Below are positions 37,446 through 48,864 of a DNA stretch of 64,000 nt, in pieces. The DNA is from Candidatus Nitrospinota bacterium M3_3B_026 (lineage in GTDB: Bacteria > Nitrospinota_A > UBA7883 > JBPRGF01): contig JBPRGF010000033.1 of the NCBI GenBank assembly GCA_051418015.1, positions 128,001-192,000 of the forward strand, in the 5' to 3' direction. Each line of letters opens with the position of its first letter. Within the stretch, counting starts at the first letter, position 1. The notes under the pieces are model-generated. The model was not told where the DNA came from. It did no database searches and saw only the letters and a list, made by a program, of their open reading frames with translations. A program made the position numbers and the translations under genes.

Positions 37446-38720
37446 ATGTCATACGAATGGTTCATAAGCCTGCGGTACCTCAAGGCGAAGCGCCGGCAGA
37501 CCTTCATCTCGCTCATCACGTGGATATCCGTGGGCGGCGTGGCGGTGGGGGTGACGGCGCTGATCGTCGTGCTGGCGGTGATGACCGGCGCCCAGGAGGA
37601 CATAAGGAAAAAGATACTGGGCGCCAACTCCCACATCACCATAAGCCCCGCCGTGGATTCCGGCATCGGGCGCGCCTCCTCTCTCCTGGACAGGGTGGAG
37701 GGCGTGGAAGGCGTGGTGGCGGCGTCCCCTTTCGTGATGAACCAGGTGATGCTCACATCCCGGACGAAAGTCTCCGGCGTGGTGTTGCGGGGGGTGGACG
37801 TGAAGCGCTCGTTGAAATCGTCCGACCTCGGCGATTACATGGTGAAGGGGAAGGTCGCGCGTCTTGGCAGGGAGCACATCCGCGTCACCGTCGAGCCGGA
37901 CGACCTGGGGATAGAGGTGGAGAAACGCAGGCCGGGAATAATCCTCGGTTCGGAGCTTGCCTACAATCTGCGGGTGGACATGGACGACGTGGTCACGGTG
38001 GTGAGCCCCGCGGGCCACGTGACGCCCGTGGGGGCGGCGCCTGTGTCGAGGGAGTTTTACGTCGCGGGGATTTTCCGCTCCGGGATGTACGAGTACGACT
38101 CCGCCCTGGCTCTCATCTCCCTGGCCCAGGCGCAGTCCCTTTTCAACATGGGCGACAGGGTGAGCGGGATAGAGGTCAGGGTGGAGGACGTCTACGGAGC
38201 GCCGGAGGTGGCGGAGAAAATCCAGGAAAAGCTCGGCTACCGCTACGTAGTGAAGGACTGGAAAGAACTCAACCAGAACCTCTTTTTCGCCCTGGAGCTC
38301 GAGAAGACCGCCCTCGGCGTCATCCTGGCCCTGATAGTCTGCGTGGCGGCCTTCAACATAGTCTCCACCCTGATAATGGTGGTGATGGAGAAGAACAAGG
38401 AGATAGCCATCCTCAAGGCCATGGGCGCCCCACGATGGAGCATAATGCGCATATTCTTCCTGGAGGGGCTTATAATCGGACTGGCGGGCATAGTCATAGG
38501 CGACATCGGGGGGGTGGTTCTGTGCGAGCTTCTCGAAAGGTATCACTTTATCCGCCTGCCCCAGGACGTCTACAACCTGGAGACCCTCCCCGTCAAGATG
38601 AGGCTGGCGGACATTGTGATGGTCTCCGGCGCGGCCTTGATGATAACGATACTGGCGGCGATATACCCTTCGTGGAGCGCCTCCCGGCTGGATCCCGTGG
38701 AGGCGTTGAGATACGAATGA
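37446..38720 (+). CDS. lolE: Lipoprotein-releasing ABC transporter permease LolC/E
   Basis: FISLRYL..FISLI, VLAVMTG, AAFNIVSTL.M.V.EK.KEIAILKAMG, LDPVEALRYE. Confidence 0.92.
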   Translation: MSYEWFISLRYLKAKRRQTFISLITWISVGGVAVGVTALIVVLAVMTGAQEDIRKKILGANSHITISPAVDSGIGRASSLLDRVEGVEGVVAASPFVMNQVMLTSRTKVSGVVLRGVDVKRSLKSSDLGDYMVKGKVARLGREHIRVTVEPDDLGIEVEKRRPGIILGSELAYNLRVDMDDVVTVVSPAGHVTPVGAAPVSREFYVAGIFRSGMYEYDSALALISLAQAQSLFNMGDRVSGIEVRVEDVYGAPEVAEKIQEKLGYRYVVKDWKELNQNLFFALELEKTALGVILALIVCVAAFNIVSTLIMVVMEKNKEIAILKAMGAPRWSIMRIFFLEGLIIGLAGIVIGDIGGVVLCELLERYHFIRLPQDVYNLETLPVKMRLADIVMVSGAALMITILAAIYPSWSASRLDPVEALRYE

Positions 38721-38748
38721 GCCGGCGCATGAAGACGGGAGCCGGGCC

Positions 38749-39336
38749 ATGACGCGCCCCGCCGAGGATTCGCACATACCGCGGAAGATTTTCCACGCCC
38801 TCGCGGGCTCCGTGATACCGGCTGTCTATTATATTGATGTCCTGCCCGCGCCCGTGGTGGTGTGGGGGGTCGCCGCGGTGGCGGGGGTGTGGATATCTTT
38901 CGATACGGCCAGGCTCTACAGCCCCGCGCTGAACGCCTTTTTCGGACGCCGTTTTTCGGCGTTGATGAAAAAAAAGGAGATGAGCTCTTACACCGGAGCG
39001 ACCCACATGCTCGCCGGCGCCGTTATCGCCATGATCCTGTTCAGCCAGCCGGTGGCGGTGACCGTGCTATTTTTCATCTCCCTGGGCGACCCGGCGGCGG
39101 CGATAGTGGGCCGGTCCGTGGGCAGGACCCGGATATACCGGGGCAGGACGCTGGAGGGCAGCGCCGCCATGTTCGCGGTATGCCTTCCGCTTGGATACTA
39201 TTTCGCCGGGGCCGGGTGGCCAGTGGCGTCGGTAGCGGCGCTGGTGGCGGCGCTGACGGAGCTTTACGCCGGTCCCGTGGACGACAACCTGACCGTCCCC
39301 ATCTTTTCCGGGGCGGCGTTGATGTCTTTGTCATGA
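38749..39336 (+). CDS. CTP-dependent polyprenol/phytol/diacylglycerol kinase-family membrane protein
   Basis: RKIFH, GDPAAAIVG, RTLEGS, DDNL.VP motifs. Confidence 0.82.
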   Translation: MTRPAEDSHIPRKIFHALAGSVIPAVYYIDVLPAPVVVWGVAAVAGVWISFDTARLYSPALNAFFGRRFSALMKKKEMSSYTGATHMLAGAVIAMILFSQPVAVTVLFFISLGDPAAAIVGRSVGRTRIYRGRTLEGSAAMFAVCLPLGYYFAGAGWPVASVAALVAALTELYAGPVDDNLTVPIFSGAALMSLS

Positions 39337-40052
39337 GCGGGGAAATGAAAAAGGAGGCCCCGGAGCTTCTGAAGGTTGAGGGTCTCAAGCGGGAGTTTTT
39401 CATCGATCACCGCCGCATCGTGGTGCTGGACGGGATAGACCTCTCCGTTAGCCGTGGCGAGACTCTGGGCATAGTCGGCGCGTCCGGCGCGGGCAAGAGC
39501 ACATTTCTCAGCGTGGTTGGCGCCCTGGACAGGCCCACCTCCGGCAGGGTTCACCACAACGGCGTGGACATCTTCGCCATGAACGAGAGGAAGCTGGCCT
39601 CCTTCAGGGCGAAAAGGATAGGGTTCGTCTTCCAGGCGCATTACCTGATGCCGGAGTTCAACGCCGAGGAGAACGTGGCGCTGGCGGCGATGATAGCGGG
39701 CGCGAAGAGGGCCGAGGCCATGGACAGGGCCAGGTTTTTCCTGGGCAGGGTGGGGCTCTCGGAGCGGCTTTCCCACCGCCCGGGGAAGCTCTCCGGCGGG
39801 GAGCAGCAACGGGTGGCCATCGCCAGGGCGCTTGTCAACGAGCCGGACCTTATACTGGCGGACGAACCGACGGGCAACCTCGACACGAAGACCGGAGACG
39901 AGGTCTTCGACCTGTTGCTGGACCTGAACAGGGAGCGGGGGCAGACGTCGCTGATAGTGACCCACAACCCCTCCCTCGTGAAGAGGCTGTCGAGGGTTGT
40001 CAGGATCAGGGACGGCAAATTTGTTGACTCTCGCGATGATGTGCTAGAATGA
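39333..40052 (+). CDS. lolD: Lipoprotein-releasing ABC transporter ATPase
   Basis: GASGAGKS, GFVFQAHYL.PEF, LSGGEQQRVAIARAL, ADEPTGNLD. Confidence 0.92.
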   Translation: MSGEMKKEAPELLKVEGLKREFFIDHRRIVVLDGIDLSVSRGETLGIVGASGAGKSTFLSVVGALDRPTSGRVHHNGVDIFAMNERKLASFRAKRIGFVFQAHYLMPEFNAEENVALAAMIAGAKRAEAMDRARFFLGRVGLSERLSHRPGKLSGGEQQRVAIARALVNEPDLILADEPTGNLDTKTGDEVFDLLLDLNRERGQTSLIVTHNPSLVKRLSRVVRIRDGKFVDSRDDVLE

Positions 40053-40174
40053 ATTCGAAGGACGCATGGCGTTTTGTTTGCTCATCATGGCGCCCGGCGG
40101 CCTGTTTTTGAAAAGACTTATCAAGGCGCGCGTCTCGTCCGGCGCGGGCCGTGGAGGATAGAGGGAGTTGGCTC

Positions 40175-42607
40175 ATGTTTAAACGGTTTACTGAAAGAGC
40201 CAGGAAGGTAATAATCCTCGCCCGCGAGGAGGCGGAGAAAAACCAGCACGAGTATCTTGGCACGGAGCATCTGCTCCTCGGCGTGCTGAAAGACGCGGGC
40301 GGCGTGGCCATAGCCGTGCTCCAGCGCCTGGGGGTGGACCTTAAGCAGGTCCGCCTGGAGGTGGAGCGCAACCTGCCGGCAAGCTCCAACACCCTCATCA
40401 TAGGCGACATCCCCTTCACCAGCAGGGCCAAGAAGGTGCTGGAGTACTCCGTGGAGGAGGCCCGCTCCATGGGCCACAGCTACATCGGCACGGAGCACCT
40501 GCTGCTCGGCCTTGTGCGCGAGAAGGACGGCGTCGGCGCGAGGGTGCTGAACAACCTTGGGATCACCTACGCAGACATCCGCGAGCAGACGATAAATCTG
40601 TTGCGAGAGCCCGCGGCGGCCCAGGAGAAACAGCAGAGCAAGACCCCCGCCCTGGACGAATTCGGGCGCGACCTCACCGAGATGGCCATCAAGGACAAGC
40701 TCGACCCGGTGATCGGCCGCGACAAGGAGATCGAGCGGGTCATCCAGATACTGGCCCGCAGGACGAAGAACAACCCCGTGCTGATAGGCGAGCCCGGCGT
40801 GGGCAAGACCGCCATCGTTGAGGGGATGGCCCAGCGGATCGTCACCCGCGAGGTGCCCCAGCTCCTTTACGACAAGAGAGTCATCAGCCTGGACCTCGGC
40901 GCGGTGATCGCTGGGACGAAATACCGCGGCCAGTTCGAGCAGCGGATAAAGGCCATCATGAAGGAGATCACCCAGGCCTCGAACGTGATCCTTTTCATAG
41001 ACGAGATTCACACCCTCGTCGGCGCCGGGGCGGCCGAAGGGAGCGTGGACGCCTCCAACATGCTTAAGCCCGCCCTGTCCCGGGGCGAGATACAGTGCAT
41101 CGGGGCCACCACGCTGGACGAGTACCGCAAGTACATAGAGAAAAACGGAGCCCTGGAGCGCAGGTTCCAGCCGATCATAGTGCAGCCTCCGGGCGTTGAT
41201 GAGACCATCTCCATCATCCGCGGGCTGAAGCCGGAGTACGAGTCGCACCACAAGGCCATAATCACCGACGAGGCCATCCTGGCCGCCGTCCGCATGTCCG
41301 ACAGGTACATACCGGACAGGTACCTGCCCGACAAAGCGATCGACGTGATCGACGAGGCGGGCAGCCGCGTCCACCTGCGTAAGGTGACCTTCCCGCCGGA
41401 TATCCGCGAGCTTCAGCAGAAGATCGACGAGATCGTGGCGGAGAAGAAGGAGAAGATAGAGAAACAGGAGTTCGAGATGGCCGTGGAGCTTCGCGACAAG
41501 GAGGAGGCGTTGCGGCTGGAGCTGGACAGGATGCGCGACGAGTGGGAGGAGAAGCAGGACAAGGCCCGCCCAATCGTCGGCGAGGACGACATAGCCTACG
41601 TTGTCTCCTCCATCACCGGGATACCGCTGAACCGGATCGAAAAGGAGGAGTCGCAGAAGTTGCAGGCGATGGCCGGCGAGCTGAAAAAGAAAATATTCGG
41701 CCAGGACGAGGCGATCGAAGCCGTATGCAAGGCGATCCGGCGGTCGCGCATGGGGCTGAAAGAGCTGAACAGGCCGATGGGCGTCTTCCTGTTCCTCGGC
41801 CCCACCGGCGTGGGCAAGACGGAGCTTGCCAACGTCCTGGCGGAGTACCTGTTCGGCGAGCGGCAGGCGCTGATACGGCTGGACATGAGCGAGTACATGG
41901 AGAAGTTCGCCGCGTCCAAGCTCGTCGGCGCGCCTCCTGGCTACGTGGGATACGAGGAGGGCGGCCAGTTGACGGAGCGGATCAGGCGCCGCCCCTACGC
42001 CGTGGTTCTGCTCGACGAGATCGAGAAAGCCCACACGGACATTTTCCATATGCTGTTGCAGATCATGGATGACGGCAGGCTGACGGACAGCTACGGCAGG
42101 AGCGTCAGCTTCAAGAACGCCATCCTGATAATGACCTCCAACCTGTCGGCCAGGATCGTCGAGAAGGGCGCCACCATCGGCTTCCAGCCGAGCGACGAGG
42201 AACAGGCCCAGAAGAAGATGAGCGACGGCATCAAGGCCGAGTTGCGCAGGACGTTCAACCCGGAGTTCCTGAACCGGATCGACGAGACCGTCACCTTCCG
42301 CAAGCTCGACAGGGAGAACCTGTCGAAGATAGTGGACCTGCAGCTCGAGGAGCTCAAGGTGCGCCTCGCCGAGGAGGGCATCGGAATGGAGATCACTCCG
42401 GAGGCCCGGGAGCACATCATCGACGAGGGATACGACCCGGTCTACGGGGCCAGGCCGCTGAAGCGCTCGATCCAGCGGCTCATCGAGGATCCCCTGTCCG
42501 AGGAGATGCTTTTCGGCCGGTTCAAGCGCGGCTCCGTCGTTCTCGTGAAGCTGGAAGGCGGCCGGCTGGAGTTCATAGAGAAAAATTCGGTAGCCGAGAG
42601 CATCTAA
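40175..42607 (+). CDS. clpC: ATP-dependent Clp protease ATPase ClpC
   Basis: MFKRFTERA double Clp-N, two AAA+ modules ([16 protein letters not shown]), UVR middle region, IGF loop. Confidence 0.93.
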   Translation: MFKRFTERARKVIILAREEAEKNQHEYLGTEHLLLGVLKDAGGVAIAVLQRLGVDLKQVRLEVERNLPASSNTLIIGDIPFTSRAKKVLEYSVEEARSMGHSYIGTEHLLLGLVREKDGVGARVLNNLGITYADIREQTINLLREPAAAQEKQQSKTPALDEFGRDLTEMAIKDKLDPVIGRDKEIERVIQILARRTKNNPVLIGEPGVGKTAIVEGMAQRIVTREVPQLLYDKRVISLDLGAVIAGTKYRGQFEQRIKAIMKEITQASNVILFIDEIHTLVGAGAAEGSVDASNMLKPALSRGEIQCIGATTLDEYRKYIEKNGALERRFQPIIVQPPGVDETISIIRGLKPEYESHHKAIITDEAILAAVRMSDRYIPDRYLPDKAIDVIDEAGSRVHLRKVTFPPDIRELQQKIDEIVAEKKEKIEKQEFEMAVELRDKEEALRLELDRMRDEWEEKQDKARPIVGEDDIAYVVSSITGIPLNRIEKEESQKLQAMAGELKKKIFGQDEAIEAVCKAIRRSRMGLKELNRPMGVFLFLGPTGVGKTELANVLAEYLFGERQALIRLDMSEYMEKFAASKLVGAPPGYVGYEEGGQLTERIRRRPYAVVLLDEIEKAHTDIFHMLLQIMDDGRLTDSYGRSVSFKNAILIMTSNLSARIVEKGATIGFQPSDEEQAQKKMSDGIKAELRRTFNPEFLNRIDETVTFRKLDRENLSKIVDLQLEELKVRLAEEGIGMEITPEAREHIIDEGYDPVYGARPLKRSIQRLIEDPLSEEMLFGRFKRGSVVLVKLEGGRLEFIEKNSVAESI

Positions 42608-42626
42608 AAGGCCCGACCTCCGCTAG

Positions 42627-44906
42627 ATGAAAAAGGGTTTACGGCGCGCGGGCCTGTTGTTGCTGGCCTTGACCCTAGCTCCTGTCACCGCCCTGGCCGT
42701 TGACTTCGCCAAGCCCATAAAGAGCATAAGGATCAAGGGGACGGAGCGCGCCGACCAGAACACCATCCGCTACTACATACACAGCCGGGTGGGGGGAGAA
42801 TACGACCCCTCCGTCGCCGCCAGCGACATAAAAAGAATCTACAAGCTCGGCTTTTTCGACGATATAAAGCTGGACGTGGCCGAGGAGCCGGACGGGCTTA
42901 TCCTCACTTTCATCTTCAAGGAAAAGCCCTTCGTGCGGGACGTCATCATCACGGACGCCGAGGAGGTGGAGCAACAGCATATCAGCGTCCGGCTCAAGAC
43001 GAAGAAAGGCGCCTTCTTCCGTCAGGACCAGATACCCTGGGACCAGGAGCGGATACAGCGCCTCTACAGGAGCAAGGGGTATTACTTCACTGGCGTCAGG
43101 ACCGTGGTGAAAAAACTCGGCGGCAACCAGGTCGACGTAGAGTTCATAATAGACGAGGGGCGGAAGATCACCATCAGCAGGATAGACTTCCGCGGCGCGA
43201 AGGCTTTCCCCCCCCGAACGCTTCAGGGCGTGATCCAGACCGAGGAGGCGGACTGGATGTCCCTTTTTTCCGACGCCGGGGCGTACAAGAAGGAGGTGCT
43301 GAAGACGGACCTCCTTCGCCTGGAGTCGTTCTACCACGACCACGGTTACATAAAGGTGAAAGTCTACGACCCGGAGGTGGAGATCGACAGGGAGAAGAGA
43401 AAGATATACGTCAGCATCCCCGTCTCCGAGGGGGACCAGTACCACGTGGGGTCGATCGAGATCCAGGGGGACGACGTTTACACGAAGGAGGAGCTTTCGG
43501 AGAAGGTGGACCTCGCCCCCGGCGACGTCTTCGACAGGAGCCGTTTCCGCCGGGACATATTCGAGATAAGCGACATGTACTCGCAAAAGGGCTACGCCTT
43601 CGCCAACGTGGTTCCCGAACTGGAGGTGAACGACGAGAAGAACACCGTGGATATAAGCGTCCGGACGGAAAAGGGGCGCAAGGTCTACGTGGGGAAGATA
43701 ACCATCACCGGCAACGAGAAGACGCGGGACAGGGTCATCCGCCGCGAATTCCGCCTCCACGAAGGCGAGCTTTTCAACAGCGCGAAGCTGCGGCGGTCGC
43801 GCGAGCGGATAAACAACCTGGCCTATTTCGAGAACGTGGAGATAGAGCAGCGGAGCAGGCGCGAGCTGGACATGGTGGACCTGGAGGTCCAGGTCGTGGA
43901 GCGCAGCACCGGCCAGATATCCTTTGGCGCCGGGTACAGCTCCGTGGAGAACCTGCTGTTGCAGGGGCAGGTGAAATGGCCCAATTTCATGGGCAAGGGA
44001 CAGACGCTCTCCTTAAGCCTGGACAGCTCCGCGCGGAGGACCGATTTCAACGCGAGTTTCACCGAGCCCCGGCTGTTCGACCGGGAGCTGATGGGCGGCG
44101 TGGACGCCTATAACAAGCTTTTCATATGGGACTCCTACGACTCCCGGGACGTAGGCGGCTCGTTCCGGGTGGGGCGCAGCTTCGGCGAGTACCTGTGGGC
44201 CAGGCTGGGCTACACCTACGAGAAGAACGAGATAACCGTGAGGGACAGAGAGAGGGCCAGCTCCTACCTGCTTGAGCAGGAGGGGGTGACCACCATAGGA
44301 TCGTTTCTGCCATCTGTCACCTATGACACGCGCAACGATCCCTTCAACCCCAGCGCCGGGCAGAGGATGTACGGCTCTCTGGAGATCGCCGGGGCCGGAG
44401 GCGAGGAGAGGTTTTACAGGACGACCGGCGAATACACGGTCTACAAATCGCTGTGGCTCGATTTCGTGACCATGCTCCACGCCAAGGTAGGGTTCGCCGA
44501 CGACTATTCCGGGCAGGGTCTGCCGATCTCGAAACGGTATTTCATGGGCGGCCCGCGGAGCCTGCGGGGGTTCACCTACAGGAACGTGGGGCCGCTTGAC
44601 GTGGACGGCGAGGCGATAGGGGGTGAAGCTTTACTCCTGCTCAATGTTGAACTACAATACGGCTTCACCAGATATTTCCGGGGGTTTGTCTTCTACGACC
44701 GCGGAAACGTGTATGGATCCAACGACGCGAGAGGGAACACCACGGACCGGTATTACGACTTGGAGGACATGAGACACAGCTGGGGGGCGGGGATTCGCTT
44801 TTTCTCGCCGATCGGCCCCATCACGATAGCCTACGGTTTCAAGCTCGACCAGCGTTCGGGCGAGACTCCCAACGAATTCCACTTCACCATAGGAGGCGCT
44901 TTCTGA
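42627..44906 (+). CDS. bamA: Outer membrane protein assembly factor BamA
   Basis: POTRA repeats, GNEKTRDRVIRRE, LRGF, SPIGP, C-terminal F. Confidence 0.95.
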   Translation: MKKGLRRAGLLLLALTLAPVTALAVDFAKPIKSIRIKGTERADQNTIRYYIHSRVGGEYDPSVAASDIKRIYKLGFFDDIKLDVAEEPDGLILTFIFKEKPFVRDVIITDAEEVEQQHISVRLKTKKGAFFRQDQIPWDQERIQRLYRSKGYYFTGVRTVVKKLGGNQVDVEFIIDEGRKITISRIDFRGAKAFPPRTLQGVIQTEEADWMSLFSDAGAYKKEVLKTDLLRLESFYHDHGYIKVKVYDPEVEIDREKRKIYVSIPVSEGDQYHVGSIEIQGDDVYTKEELSEKVDLAPGDVFDRSRFRRDIFEISDMYSQKGYAFANVVPELEVNDEKNTVDISVRTEKGRKVYVGKITITGNEKTRDRVIRREFRLHEGELFNSAKLRRSRERINNLAYFENVEIEQRSRRELDMVDLEVQVVERSTGQISFGAGYSSVENLLLQGQVKWPNFMGKGQTLSLSLDSSARRTDFNASFTEPRLFDRELMGGVDAYNKLFIWDSYDSRDVGGSFRVGRSFGEYLWARLGYTYEKNEITVRDRERASSYLLEQEGVTTIGSFLPSVTYDTRNDPFNPSAGQRMYGSLEIAGAGGEERFYRTTGEYTVYKSLWLDFVTMLHAKVGFADDYSGQGLPISKRYFMGGPRSLRGFTYRNVGPLDVDGEAIGGEALLLLNVELQYGFTRYFRGFVFYDRGNVYGSNDARGNTTDRYYDLEDMRHSWGAGIRFFSPIGPITIAYGFKLDQRSGETPNEFHFTIGGAF

Positions 44907-44911
44907 TCGCT

Positions 44912-45493
44912 ATGAGACGGATTACCAGGATACCGCTGACACTGGCTTTGGCCGCCATGCTCGCGCTCACGGCGTTCCCCGGCCCATCCCGGGCGGCGGA
45001 CGCGCCGAAGATTGGAGGGGTGAACCTGCAGGATATCCTCGACGGCTCCAAGGCGGGGCAGGAGGCCCTCGCCGAGCTCAAGGAGCAGGCCGAGAAGGAG
45101 AGGAAGGCCCTCCAGAACAAGCAGGAGGCCGTCCAGAAGCTGAAAAAGGAGATCGACCAGCAGCGCCTGATGCTCTCCACCGCGGCCATTATGGAAAAGG
45201 AGAGAAGGCTCCGCAGGATGCAGCGCGAGCTGGAGCTTTACAGGGACGACATCCAGGAGCTTTTGCAGACGGCGCAGGCAAGGGTCATGCGAAAGCTTCT
45301 GGACGACGTCATGACCATCATAAAAGAATATGGTGAGAAACACGGCTACACCATGATCCTGGAGAAGGGCGAGGCGGCCAACGTGATGGGCGGGTTCGTC
45401 CTGTACATGGACGAGGCCGTGGATCTTACCCCCGAGATTATCAGGATATACGACGAGAAGAAAAAATCGGGCGCGCTCAAGTCCGGCGGTTGA
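44912..45493 (+). CDS. skp: Periplasmic chaperone Skp/OmpH
   Basis: Signal peptide, KIG.VN.Q.I, coiled coil, DLT..II; follows bamA. Confidence 0.88.
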   Translation: MRRITRIPLTLALAAMLALTAFPGPSRAADAPKIGGVNLQDILDGSKAGQEALAELKEQAEKERKALQNKQEAVQKLKKEIDQQRLMLSTAAIMEKERRLRRMQRELELYRDDIQELLQTAQARVMRKLLDDVMTIIKEYGEKHGYTMILEKGEAANVMGGFVLYMDEAVDLTPEIIRIYDEKKKSGALKSGG

Positions 45494-45495
45494 GC

Positions 45496-46518
45496 ATGAA
45501 GCTGGGCGAGATCGCCTCGGCGCTCGGCCTCGAGGTCCACGGCGACGGGTCGGTCGAAATAGAACGCATGGCCCAGCTGGGGACCGCGGGGCCGGGAGAT
45601 ATCGTCTTTGTCCGCGACGAGGCCGCCGCCGCGGGCATGGGCGCATCCAGGGCTTCGGCGTTCATCTTGCCTCCCACGGTCAGGCCTGACAGGCCGGCCA
45701 TAGTCTCCGCCAACCCCCTGGCCGCGATGGCCGGGACTCTGGAGCTTTTGAGCCCCGAGCCCGCTCCCCCGCCCGGAGTCCATCCCACGGCCGTCATTGA
45801 AGACTCGGCGGAGATGGGACGGGACGTCCACGCGGGTCCCCACGTCTCGGTCGGCGCTGGCGCCAGGATAGGCGCCGGCGCATGCCTGCGGGCCGGGGCG
45901 AGGATAGGCGCGGGAGCCGTTGTGGGGCCGGGAAGCGTGATCTTCGAGAACGTTGTCGTCTATGACCATTGCCAGATCGGGGCCAGGTGCCGCATCCACG
46001 CGAACTCGACCATCGGCGCGGACGGCTTCGGGTACGCCCGGCTCGCGGACGGGGGGAGCGTGAAAATCCCCCAGCGCGGGATTGTCCGAATCGAGGACGA
46101 CGTGGAGGTGGGGGCCAACTCCTCCATCGACCGCGCCACCCTGGGGGAGACGGTTATAAAAAACGGAGTAAAGATAGACAACCAGGTCCAGGTAGGCCAC
46201 AACTGCGTGATAGGAGAGAACGTGGTCATCGCCGGCTGCTCCGGGGTGGCCGGATCGGTTGTCATAGGAGAGAATGTGATGATCGGCGGCATGGCCGCTA
46301 TCAGCGACCACGTCCACATAGCCCCCGGGACGCTGATCGCCGGGAAGACCGGTGTGCACGGAGACATTAAGGAGCCCGGTGTGTACGCGGGCCCCATGGC
46401 CATGAAGAACATGGAATATAAAAGGTTTCTCCTTTCGGGGAAGGCGGTGGCCAGCCTGAAAAAGAAGGTAAAACAGCTGGAGGACGAGCTGAAAACGCTG
46501 AAAGGGAAGGAAAAGTGA
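45496..46518 (+). CDS. lpxD: UDP-3-O-acyl-glucosamine N-acyltransferase
   Basis: [30 protein letters not shown]. Confidence 0.95.
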   Translation: MKLGEIASALGLEVHGDGSVEIERMAQLGTAGPGDIVFVRDEAAAAGMGASRASAFILPPTVRPDRPAIVSANPLAAMAGTLELLSPEPAPPPGVHPTAVIEDSAEMGRDVHAGPHVSVGAGARIGAGACLRAGARIGAGAVVGPGSVIFENVVVYDHCQIGARCRIHANSTIGADGFGYARLADGGSVKIPQRGIVRIEDDVEVGANSSIDRATLGETVIKNGVKIDNQVQVGHNCVIGENVVIAGCSGVAGSVVIGENVMIGGMAAISDHVHIAPGTLIAGKTGVHGDIKEPGVYAGPMAMKNMEYKRFLLSGKAVASLKKKVKQLEDELKTLKGKEK

Positions 46519-46952
46519 CGATAGAACACCACGAGCTGGAAAAATACATCCCCCACAGGAGCCCCTTCCTGCTGGTGGACAGGATAATAGAGATCGAGTC
46601 CGGCGAAAGGGCGGTGGGGATAAAGAACGTCACCGGGACGGAGAACTTTTTCCCCGGTCACTTCCCCGGCCAGCCGGTGATGCCGGGTGTGCTGATAATA
46701 GAAGCCCTGGCGCAGACCGCCGCCGTCCTTGCCATGTACTCAAGCGAAAAGGATCAGGGAAAGCTCGTCTATTTCGCCGCCATAGACAACGCCAGGTTCA
46801 AAAGACTGGTCAGGCCCGGCGACACCCTGCGGCTCGAGGTGGACGTGGAGAAAGCGCGGAGCAGGATGTGGAAGGTAAAAGCCAGAGCCCTCGTGGAGGG
46901 CGAGCCTGTGTGCGAAGCGGATCTGACCGCCATGGTGACGGACAGGGGGTGA
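46515..46952 (+). CDS. fabZ: 3-hydroxyacyl-ACP dehydratase
   Basis: [30 protein letters not shown]. Confidence 0.95.
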   Translation: MTIEHHELEKYIPHRSPFLLVDRIIEIESGERAVGIKNVTGTENFFPGHFPGQPVMPGVLIIEALAQTAAVLAMYSSEKDQGKLVYFAAIDNARFKRLVRPGDTLRLEVDVEKARSRMWKVKARALVEGEPVCEADLTAMVTDRG

Positions 46953-47725
46953 TGGCCGCCGCCATGCACGAGACAGCGGCCGTGGACCCCGCCGCCGTGA
47001 TAGGGGATGGAGTGGAGATAGGCCCCTTCTGCGTCATCGGCCCGAACGTTAAGATCGGCGCGGGCGCGAGGATAGGCGCCGGGGCGCAGGTGGACTGGGC
47101 CCGGCTGGGGGCTGGCGCCAGGATAGGGGCGAACTCCATCGTGGGAGGCGATCCGCAAATCTACGGCTGGAAGAGCGTGGAGTCCTGGGTGGAGGTGGGG
47201 GAGGGCAGCCTGATAAACGAGCTTACCGCCGTGCACCGGTCTATGTACGAGGGCGGCGCCACGCGGATAGGCCCCGGCTGCTACATAATGAGCCAAAGCC
47301 ATATCGGGCATGACTGCCAGCTCGGCAAAGAGGTGACCGTGACCACGCTGGCGGGCCTGTCCGGTCACGTGGTGGTTGGCGATTACGCCGTCATCGGCGG
47401 CGCCGTGGGGGTTCACCAGTTCGTGAGGATAGGCGCGATGGCGATGGTGGGCGGCATGACAAGGCTGGTCCAGGATGTTCCGCCGTATTTTATGGTCTCC
47501 GGCGTCCCTGCCGAGGCGAGGGGGCTTAACACCTACGCTCTCAAAAAAAGAGGCGTCCGTCCGAAGGAGAGGGCCGCCCTCAAAAAGGCGTTCAACATCC
47601 TGGCCAGGCGGGGGTTGCCGTTGCCAGATGCTGTGCGGGCCTTGGAGAGTGAGGTTCCGGCGGAGGGCCCCGTGGCCTCGCTCATCGATTTTGTCAAAAG
47701 CTCCGAGAGGGGCCTTACGCTCTAG
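46952..47725 (+). CDS. lpxA: UDP-GlcNAc (or GlcNAc3N) acyltransferase
   Basis: Hexapeptide repeats, HIGHDC, HQFVRIG, QDVPPY. Confidence 0.92.
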   Translation: MAAAMHETAAVDPAAVIGDGVEIGPFCVIGPNVKIGAGARIGAGAQVDWARLGAGARIGANSIVGGDPQIYGWKSVESWVEVGEGSLINELTAVHRSMYEGGATRIGPGCYIMSQSHIGHDCQLGKEVTVTTLAGLSGHVVVGDYAVIGGAVGVHQFVRIGAMAMVGGMTRLVQDVPPYFMVSGVPAEARGLNTYALKKRGVRPKERAALKKAFNILARRGLPLPDAVRALESEVPAEGPVASLIDFVKSSERGLTL

Positions 47726-47883
47726 GTTTGTCCACCGCAGGACAAGGAAATGATTGATCGGACGGCGCTTTTCGTAATATCGTATTGGTCAGGGAAGGAT
47801 TGGCGCGCCCGGCCGCGGCGGGCGCTTGCGAAGAGTTTTGATATATATGCACGGTTTTGGACACCGTTGGCGAAAGGAAGAGA

Positions 47884-48861
47884 ATGGATAGTGTAGTAAA
47901 GGCAGGGGTCATAGGTGTCGGCCGCATGGGCCAGTACCACGTCGGGGTCTATTCCGAGATAGCCGGGGTGGATCTTGTGGGGGTCGTGGACGTGGACGAG
48001 GGCAAAAGCCCCATTGCGGACAAGTACAGGACAAAGTTTTACACCGATTATCGCGACCTTTTCGGCAAGGTGGACGTGGTCTCCATAGCCGTCCCAACCT
48101 CCCGGCATTTCGATGTGGCCAGGGACTGCCTGGAAGCCGGTGTCCACTGCCTGGTGGAAAAGCCCATAAGCAACGACATGGAAAAGGCCGAAGAGCTTTT
48201 CAGGATCGCCGAGGAGAAAAACCTCGCCCTGCACGTGGGCCACGTGGAAAGGTTCAACGGGGCGGTGCAGGAGCTCAGGAAAGTTGTCGTGGACCCCATT
48301 TTCATTGAGTCCCGGCGGCTGGGCCCCTACGACCCCAGGATCAAGGACGATGGCGTGGTGCTCGACCTGATGATCCACGACATAGACATAATCCTGAACC
48401 TCGTGGAGTCGCCCGTGGCGGACATGAACGTCATGGGCGCGTCCGTCTTTTCCGGCATGGAGGACCTGGTCAACGTGCAGATCAAATTCGAGAACGGCTG
48501 CATGGCCAACATCATAGCCTCCCGCGCCACACAGGAGAAGATAAGGACGCTGGCCGTGACGCAGAAGAAAGAGTATATATTCCTCGACTATACCCACCAG
48601 GACATACTCGTCCACCGCCGCGCTTCCTCCGAGCACGAATTGCGCCGCCGCGAGCTGCGCTACAGGCAGGAGTCTTTCATGGAGCGCATCTTCGTCCACC
48701 GTGAAAACCCCCTCAAGCTGGAGATACAGCATCTCCTCGACTGCGCCACCAACGGAGCCAGGCGGAAAACGGCCGTGCGGGACGAGCTGAAGTCGCTGAA
48801 GGTGGCGCTTACGGTGCTGGACAAGCTGAAGCCTTCCGGCAAGGCCGCCGCGGCGTTTTAG
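47884..48861 (+). CDS. Gfo/Idh/MocA oxidoreductase, GnnA-like
   Basis: GVIGVGRMGQYH, VEKP, VGHVERFN, LDLMIHDID; located between lpxA and lpxI. Confidence 0.8.
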   Translation: MDSVVKAGVIGVGRMGQYHVGVYSEIAGVDLVGVVDVDEGKSPIADKYRTKFYTDYRDLFGKVDVVSIAVPTSRHFDVARDCLEAGVHCLVEKPISNDMEKAEELFRIAEEKNLALHVGHVERFNGAVQELRKVVVDPIFIESRRLGPYDPRIKDDGVVLDLMIHDIDIILNLVESPVADMNVMGASVFSGMEDLVNVQIKFENGCMANIIASRATQEKIRTLAVTQKKEYIFLDYTHQDILVHRRASSEHELRRRELRYRQESFMERIFVHRENPLKLEIQHLLDCATNGARRKTAVRDELKSLKVALTVLDKLKPSGKAAAAF

Positions 48862-48864
48862 ACA

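Noticed and set aside
40121..42415. 764-aa minus-strand ORF
   Set aside because: Antisense shadow of clpC
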